NCBI RefSeq assembly: GCF_009914755.1
Contig: NC_060926.1
DNA length: 64,000 bases
Reading direction: 5' to 3' (one strand)
Source of the DNA: the human T2T-CHM13v2.0 reference genome, Homo sapiens
The translations under genes were made by a program, and so were the position numbers. Positions 56,209 through 64,000 of the stretch are shown piece after piece; the first letter of the stretch is position 1; each line of letters opens with the position of its first letter. Under the pieces are notes generated by a model. It was not told the DNA's origin. It searched no databases and saw nothing but the letters and a program-made list of their open reading frames with translations.

Positions 56209-58047
56209 TCAAGAAGGACATGGGCCCCACCTCCAGACCCCACAAGACACAGTGTGTGTGGGGGAAAGAACAGCCGCCACCAGTGTGAGGGAAACGGTGT
56301 TCTCAGGACACAGCCATGCTTCAGGTAGGAAAGATGGAGGGAACACACAGAGAGGAGGCTGCTAATGATGGACCATGAAGTGCAGGGGGGCACGGTGAAG
56401 GGCTGGGAAGACCGGCTCAGATGTAGGGATGAGCTGAGCAGGAAAGGGATGCTGGTGCAGAGAGTGAGGCTGCCAGGAGCTGGGCCCTGTGATGGTGGGT
56501 GAGATGATCACACGGTGGGCTTCATCCCACAGCTACTGAGGATCCAGGGGAGCAGCCGGCTTGGAGCAAACAGTAATGAGTCACCCCAGCCTCCTGGTGC
56601 AAAACCTCAGAGCCTCTTCAGTCTCCAACAGGTTGCAAATCTCGGAGACCAGAGCCACCCACAAGGCCACTTTCTCCTCCGGTGTTCAAACTGTGTCTGA
56701 AATCATGCCTCGCTCAACAAGTCTTCAAGGTTCATCGAAAAAGAGGTAGTCTCAGGGGTTTCTAGCCCTTTGTTTGGATCACACCCCTTTGAGGATCTAA
56801 CGAAGGGAAGGACCATCTCTCTGGAGGGGAAAGAAAACAGACACTCAAACTGTCCTTGTACTAAATCTCCTGAAGATCACTGGTGGACCCTCTGCTCTGG
56901 CCTGAGAGATGCTGAACAAAGAGACTTCTTTTCTGTCCCACTCTCTCACCCTCTCCCAGTTGTACCAACTCCCATCATCTCTGCCAATCTTTTGAATGTG
57001 TACCTATGCACCCTTGGCACTGAAGCCATTCATCTGTCCATTTATCCCACAAACCTTGTTTGAACATTGGTATGCTCTTTTCTCCAGACTGTAATCCCCT
57101 CGAGGACAGAGCCAGGTCTGGTTAATCTCCGGCAGCTAACACAGCACAAGGAGTGTAATGGTACAGTGGAAGAGATGGGGTGTGGAGAGAGAGAAGTGGG
57201 ATCTTCTGAAGCCCCAAATTCACTCTTTCCAGTAAGGGACATTACATTTGATTCTCAATTAGCTTCTTGATCAGGCAATTTTGTCCTGATTGAAGAGTGT
57301 GACTTAAATTCCTGGTGTGAATGCTGCCTTCCAATTATCTAACTGTCTAGTGTTCAGGAAGTAGTTAAACCATTTTAATGGATAGTTGGCTGAAGGTGAA
57401 GAAGGTGGACCTGTTTTTCTAGATAATGCTTGTTTGGGAAAAGAGGGAAAAGCACAAACTACCTCATTCAAATCCACTCTTCACAGCCCTTCCTCTGCTC
57501 CCTGCTCTACAAATTTCTTATTGATTTCTTGGGTGGCAGCGTACCGAAGAAACAGGGGAAGATGACTGGGGCTCATCTGATAGGAGCAGGTGACGTGGCC
57601 AAGGTTGAAGAGGTGGGAAAAAGGGAAGGGGGATGGGAAGTGGCAGTGGATAGAGAAATAGACTGGATTCGATTGGGAAGAAAGGCTGCTGGTGAACAGA
57701 GGCAGAAAAGTCATAGGAGGAGAAAATGGGAAATGAGGGGGCATAGTAACATCAGAAACCCAACAAGTTTTGATTAAGTCCTTTCTGGTTTTTAAATACT
57801 TAATGTAATGGTGTTCTAGTGGTCACCTACAATGTACCCAACCCTGGGCTGTATTTGTGGGAAATCCAGTTCTAGAAGAATTGTCTCCTTTGTCTTTCCA
57901 ATGTCTCTCCACCTTCCGGGGCTCCTCTTCCTCATAAAGCTGCAAGCTCCACGGGTCATCAGAATCCCACCCCCACTCCATGTCCTGCTAATGGCCTGGG
58001 TTAAGTGATATAAAAGTTACTGACACTCTAGAACAGTGCTTTTTACA

Positions 58048-58335
58048 CTTTTTTTTTTTTGACAGGGTCTCTCTCTGTTGCCCAGGCTGGAGTGCAGTGG
58101 TGCGATCATGGCTCACTACAGCCTCGACCTCCTGGTTCAAGTGATTCTCCCGCCTCAGCCTCCCAAGTAGCTGGGACTTCAGGCACACACCACCATGCCT
58201 GGCTAATTTCTGCATTTTTTATAGATACAGGGTTTTGCCATGTTGCAGACTGATCTCAACTCCTGAACTCAAGCGATCCTCTTGCCTCAGCCTCCCAAAC
58301 CGCTGGGATTACAGGCATGAACCACTGAGCCCAGC
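58048..58335 (-). mobile_element. Alu (AluJ-like), adjoining a MER5A-like fragment (~58340-58510)
   Basis: Antisense Alu, then GCATTAGAATCACC…GGCCTGAGAATATGCATTCCTAA. Confidence 0.88.
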
Positions 58336-59665
58336 TGCCTTTCACACTTCTACTGTGCATTAGAATCACCCAAAGAGCTTGTTAAGACAGATTCCCAGGC
58401 TGCAATCTTGGAGGCCTACTGGCTTAGTAGCTCTGGGCTGAGGCCTGAGAATATGCATTCCTAAGAAACCTCAGGTGAGGCTGATGCTGCCTGTGTGTGG
58501 ACTGCTAGGCTAGGACATGGTTTTTATTCCTCATAGAAGGTTCTAAATTTTGATCACAAAACTTATTATAAGTAATTTTAAAAAGTAATCTACTTCCAGA
58601 TGTCATAGACATGGAAATGGGAAGAAACGGAAGAAATAAATACTTCCTCTCCTAGACCCAAAGACCTTTGTGCCCCACAACTAAGAGTTAACTTACCAGT
58701 GAGTATGTATTAATATTAAGCTTTCAGAGTGTTTGCCACTTACTCACCTTGCGGCTTTAGGTAAGGGACTTCCTCTCTCTGAGACTCAGTTTTCTCATCA
58801 GTAAACCCTTCCTCATAGGGTTGTTTTGAGATTAAATAAAGTAATGAGTCCTGCGTGCCAATACCTGGTACTGTGCCTGGGACACATGTAACACTCAATG
58901 CCACATGATATTGATTATCGTGGGGGAGATTACAGGACACAAGAAAAGCCCACTCATCTCTCTTCCTCCTTCTTCATTGGCAACCTTGTCCCCAACACAA
59001 GTACCTGCTCTTTCATCTCCTGACTCCCCAGCCCTCAGTCAAGTCATTGTTTATAGATGAATGACATGCCAGAGGTAAAAAGCACTCTAGAGACCAAATG
59101 ATTCTCATACTGGTGCCTCCTCTCCAACCACAGAGAGGCACTCTCCTTCCCTGCAGAATTCCCCACTGTCAGACAGCTATGGGGTGAGGCTTAGTAGTGT
59201 CTCACTCTGAAGCCCTACCATTGCCAACCACCCATCTTCCAGATTCCACTCCTCCAGTGCCCAGCCCTGTTAAGAACCTGGACCAAAGCACATATCAGGG
59301 AACGGTTGAAAGAAATGAATATAACCGGCTATTTTGGGTGAGTTCAGGGGGTACTGCTGGGAAAGGCCAGGTTGACAACATCACTGCCTGCCCAGTATTC
59401 TCCAGGGTGCAGCTTTATACTGGACACAGGTATGGCCAGGCTACACGTCACATGAGCTATTATAAAATTACAAAGCTTATTATAAAGTTACCATAAAGTT
59501 ACAAAAGTAGTTTATTTAAGTAAACATGCCAACACCTTTCTATATCGAATCAGAGTTTTGTCTTTTAAAATCCCAAGGATTGCCCTTTGGAAATAGGGTA
59601 TTTACTCCTATTGGGCTATCCCAGTTCAGAACATTTCTGGAAATTGCTCAGTGGGGTTGGCCTTC

Positions 59666-60157
59666 TGTGACAGAGATGGCTAACGGTCCACTAAAATCCA
59701 CACTCCCTTTCCTTGGTATAAAGTTGCCACTGAGAAGTTACATTTTCTAGCTTTTTGCACCAAGGTGAGACCAGGTGACTAGTACTGAATGTGACCACAA
59801 GCCAGGCCAGCATTTAAGAAATGGGTCTAGGGAACACTCATTCCATTTGATTTTATAGAATGAGGTTTGCCCAATAAAAATAAAAACAAAGAAAAAAGAA
59901 ATGGGTATTGAGAGAAAACTTGTGCAAGGCTGGGGCAGAAGACGACTTCTTCATGCTCTGTTTAATTTTCTATTAGCTGGAGGCAAAAGACTCAGCAGCC
60001 CAAGGGGCCTGTGGAGCCCAGAGATGGAATGAGTTTGGGACTCCAAATTGCTGTGTGGAAGAGAATCTCCTACTGCTCAGGAACTTCTATTGGGTTAAAC
60101 CACTGACACATAGGGGCTTATTTTTTTCTATCTGCTGAAGTTACCCTAACTAACATA
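59666..60157 (+). mobile_element. Old MLT1-type LTR relic
   Basis: TGTGACAGAGATGGCTA start, …GTTAAACCACTGA…CCCTAACTAA(C)ATAC end. Confidence 0.55.
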
Positions 60158-60860
60158 CCTATAGCTCTAGGTTAGGGACCACACAAGAAAAGAAGTTTGT
60201 GGCTTGATGGCGTGTTTCATATTGTCCCCAAAATGTATTAGCTGGCTTGAGCTTCCACCTTATTTATCAAATTGGGGCTATTTCTAGTCACAAACCCACT
60301 GCCAACAGACAGGCCACTCCTGAATCTGTTCTGTGCCAAAGACAGTTCCCAAGAAATATTCCTAAAATATGTTGAGCTTTGTCAGAACAACTGGGATAAA
60401 TGAAATGCCTCTCGAGGGGTCTCTTTGGAAAAGGACAGTGCATCTGCTTCTAAATCAGTCATCTTCATCTCTAAGCAACCAGCCACTTGGCTGTGGAGAT
60501 TGGTGGCCGTCACAGGAGGCCCCGGGTGGGTGGGAAGGAGTTAACACGGAATCTAGAAAACCAGATAAGCTACATGCAAGTAACAGAACGTGGATGGGCA
60601 TCATCTCGCCAGTTTCTACAGCTGCTGCTTCTCATGTCAGTTTTGTGGCCCAGCCCAATATTGCTGGGGATGCCCCACGGTCACAAGTGTCAGCCTTTGC
60701 AAGCCCTGGCATCTCAGTGTGGAGGTGACATCAAAATCCTGGGATGTCAGACCTGGAAGGAACCTGGAGGTTGTCGGTTTCACCCCTCTCATTTATAGAT
60801 GAGGAACTAACTGTAGAGAGAGGGAGTAACTTGTCCAAGGCCATAGAGGTGATTAGTAGC

Positions 60861-61228
60861 CGATATGGTTTGGCTGTGTGTTCCCACCCAAGTCTCATCT
60901 TGAATTGTAATCCCCGTGTATCAAGAAAGGGACCTATAATCCCTACATGTCAAGGGAGGGAGGTGATTGGATCATGGAGGCGGTTTCCCCCATGCTGTTC
61001 TTGTGATAGTGAGTGAATTCTCACAAGATCTGTGTTTGGAAGTTCCTCCTTCATTCTTCTCTCTCCTGCTGCCTTGTGAAGAAGGTGCCTCCTTCCACTT
61101 CTGCCATGATTGTAAGTTTCCTGGGGCCTCCCAAGCCATGTGGAACTGAGTCAATTAAATCTCTTTCCTTTATAAATTACCCAGTATCAGGGAAGTCCTT
61201 TATAGCAGTGTGAAAATGGACTAATATA
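60861..61228 (+). mobile_element. THE1/MSTA-type MaLR solo LTR
   Basis: GATATGGTTTGGCTGTGT…GGACTAATATA; perfect TSD GTAGC. Confidence 0.92.
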
Positions 61229-62625
61229 GTAGCTATTCTGGTCTTCAGACCTAGATCTGCTTCCTAGTTTCTCGTACTGCACTAGGCTGCCTCCAACAAA
61301 TGTTCCAAGTTTCCTAATCAGGAAATTAAAAGGTTTTACAGGTAGAGTCATTTCTAGCTAGGAGGAGAGGAAGGAATTTTTGTGGCATATGTATGTTTTG
61401 TAGTTAACGTGGGTTAAAATTAGGTTTGAAAGAAAAATGTTTGTACAATCCTGCTGCCCCCATCCTCTGCCTATTTGCTATAAAATGAGATTTAAATTCC
61501 TTCATCTCAGAGGACAGGGGCCAGGCATCTTTAAATCACTGAAAAGAACCTCAGGGGACCACACACAGAGGAAGCTTAAAAAAAAACAAAACTTTCTATA
61601 ATTTTGCTGATTACCATATTCTACTGTTTTAAAGCTTTGGAAATAATCTCAGGAACATTCCTTTCCTTCCTTCCCCTGACCCCATATCAATCACAAGTTA
61701 AAAACAAACATGATGAAGAAGAGAGCCTCATTTTTGCAGAGTTGACTATTTGATGTCCAATCTCTTACATCTGTGGAGTTAAAAAAATGTTTTTTTGGTG
61801 CCAAAGCCCTTAATTAATTTGCTCTTGTTAAATCCTAATAACTTGACCCAGTGGAGCAGAGAATACCCCATTTGTTTGCTGGGAGGCTCTGTCAGCTTCT
61901 CTGCAGCAGAGGACAGCGTCATTAGAGATGACAGAAGAGGAGGCAGGTGGAACGAGGACATTAGATATAATCAGATCTTCTCATTGAGGGGACATAGGTG
62001 AGGGAACAAAGAACCTTCAAGAAAAAGCACTACTCCAAATAAGAGCAGACTTTTAATGACGTGAGGACACAGGTTCAGGCGATCTCTATATCTAGGCTGT
62101 AGCTGCATTCTGATTATAACAGTTTCGGCAAACCTTTCTTGAGTGTTCCCTCTGAGGGGAATCCACCCTGATCAAGCGCTTCCTACCTGGTCCCTGATGA
62201 TTACAAGGACACACTACTTTACATTTGCCACAGTGCTCAAACCTCTGAACCACCCTCTGATGATGGTGTTATTATCCTATTTCATAGACAAGGAAAGGGA
62301 AGCAGAGAGAAGTGCCAGTTCCTCAAGGTCACAAGGTTAGTAAGAAGCTGAGCCCTGGGCCATTCTGTAGTACAGCTGCCACTTGGGAAACCCACCACTC
62401 TGGCCTTTGTGACTCAGTCCTTCCTATTGTTTTCTCATTCTCTATCTTCAACTGTCCCTTACTTGGTTAGTGTCCCCTAGTCCTCTGTCCTCAGCCACAT
62501 ACTCTCTGAGCACTGCATTTTCTCATCAAAACCCACAGCTTCAAACACCTTTTACTGTTCACTTCCAAATCTGTCTTCAAGCCTCATTATCCAATTGCCT
62601 ACAGAAATCTAGGCATCCACCAGAA

Positions 62626-62933
<308 letters not shown>

Positions 62934-63534
62934 TAACCCTCTTTTATCACCCGCCCCAACCCCATCAGTCACCAACCCTTGTCAGAACAGGACCAATGCC
63001 CTCAACATCTTCCTCTACGTCACAGGAGGGGACTACCTGTGTGCTATAAAAGGCCTCTCCCTCTTTCTACCCTGACAAAAAAACCTCTTCTTAGTACTGC
63101 CTTCTCCTCCTTGTATTCCATAATGTACTCCATGTGTCTTGTTTATCTTCTACTACAAACTCTTGGCTTAGAGAGGCTCTTGCCTCTCTGCCTGGATTTT
63201 AGGCTTAAGGTTAGTCCTTTTGTTGTGATGCCTTTGCCAAGGACATACCCTTTTGTTGTCCTTTGTTCTATCCATTGCCCATCCCATTCTCAGGCTCCAC
63301 AATGGTGCCCATTCCCCACTCAAGCCACACTCTGGGACTCTCACTCTCCTAAGAGGGACCCAAACAACCCTATCAAATCTACATCCTAAGTACCTCTCAA
63401 GGTCATCCCTACACTTCTTCCCTACTGCCACTGTGTTGCAACTCTATTTCTTGCTTAGCCTATTACAAGCATTTTCCAGCGAAGTCCTTCCCTTCCCTAT
63501 TCTGTCCACCTCTGACCCATTCTCTCCATAGTTG

Positions 63535-63630
63535 CTAGAGTTCAATTTAAAATGCACATCTGTTCATATTTCCCCATTTGAACTAGAGTTCAATTTAAAA
63601 TGCAAATCTGATCATATTTCCCCATTCGAA
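63535..63630. repeat. 2 x 48 bp direct tandem duplication in an L2 relic
   Basis: CTAGAGTTCAATTTAAAATGCA(C/A)ATCTG(T/A)TCATATTTCCCCATT(T/C)GAA twice, 3 mismatches. Confidence 0.95.
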
Positions 63631-64000
63631 ATTTTATCAATGCCTCCCCACCACCAGTGGCGTCAAATCTGAGTGGCTTAGCATATGACCCATGACTCTG
63701 TGGGATTTGGCATGGCCAACTGCTCCAAGCCCCTTGCCCATCACCCACCTCCCAGCCTGACTATTTGCATTGAGCCATACAGACTCACCAATATTTCCTA
63801 AGCATACCTGGCTCACTCATGTCTCTGCACCTCCATACAATGCTAGTTCCTTTGCCTGAAATACTCTTTCCCCCTCTTCTGGATGAACTTTGATTTGTCT
63901 TTGGAAACTAGCTCAAGGATAGGGTTTCTTCCTTCAATAAGCCTTCCTGGACTCCCCCAAGAGAGTCAATTGCTCTCTGCTCTGCTCTACCTTCCTCTGT

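Overview
Human (primate) genomic DNA, recognisable as 2q35, spanning the gap between two convergent genes. The window opens with the last intron, terminal exon (…LDMI*) and 3' UTR of XRCC5 (Ku80) on +. The terminal exon and 3' UTR of MARCHF4 lie on - at about 50.4-52.2 kb, and the rest of the window is MARCHF4 intron. The intergenic part is mostly transposon-derived: a MER4-group provirus with two LTRs, an LTR47-like solo LTR holding the 55-codon PKI55 ORF (LINC01963 region), two L1s (one near full length, one twin-primed), about 24 Alus or Alu fragments, MaLR LTRs, DNA transposons, MIR/L2 relics and microsatellites. Nearly all ORFs in the track are spurious. I cannot support a new multi-gene system. 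The most unusual signals are small: a retroposed 5' tRNA-Glu fragment with tail and TSD, two apparent locally templated insertions at Alu 5' ends, and the LTR-repeat origin of PKI55. Gene and repeat names come from recall of known sequences, not from a database search.
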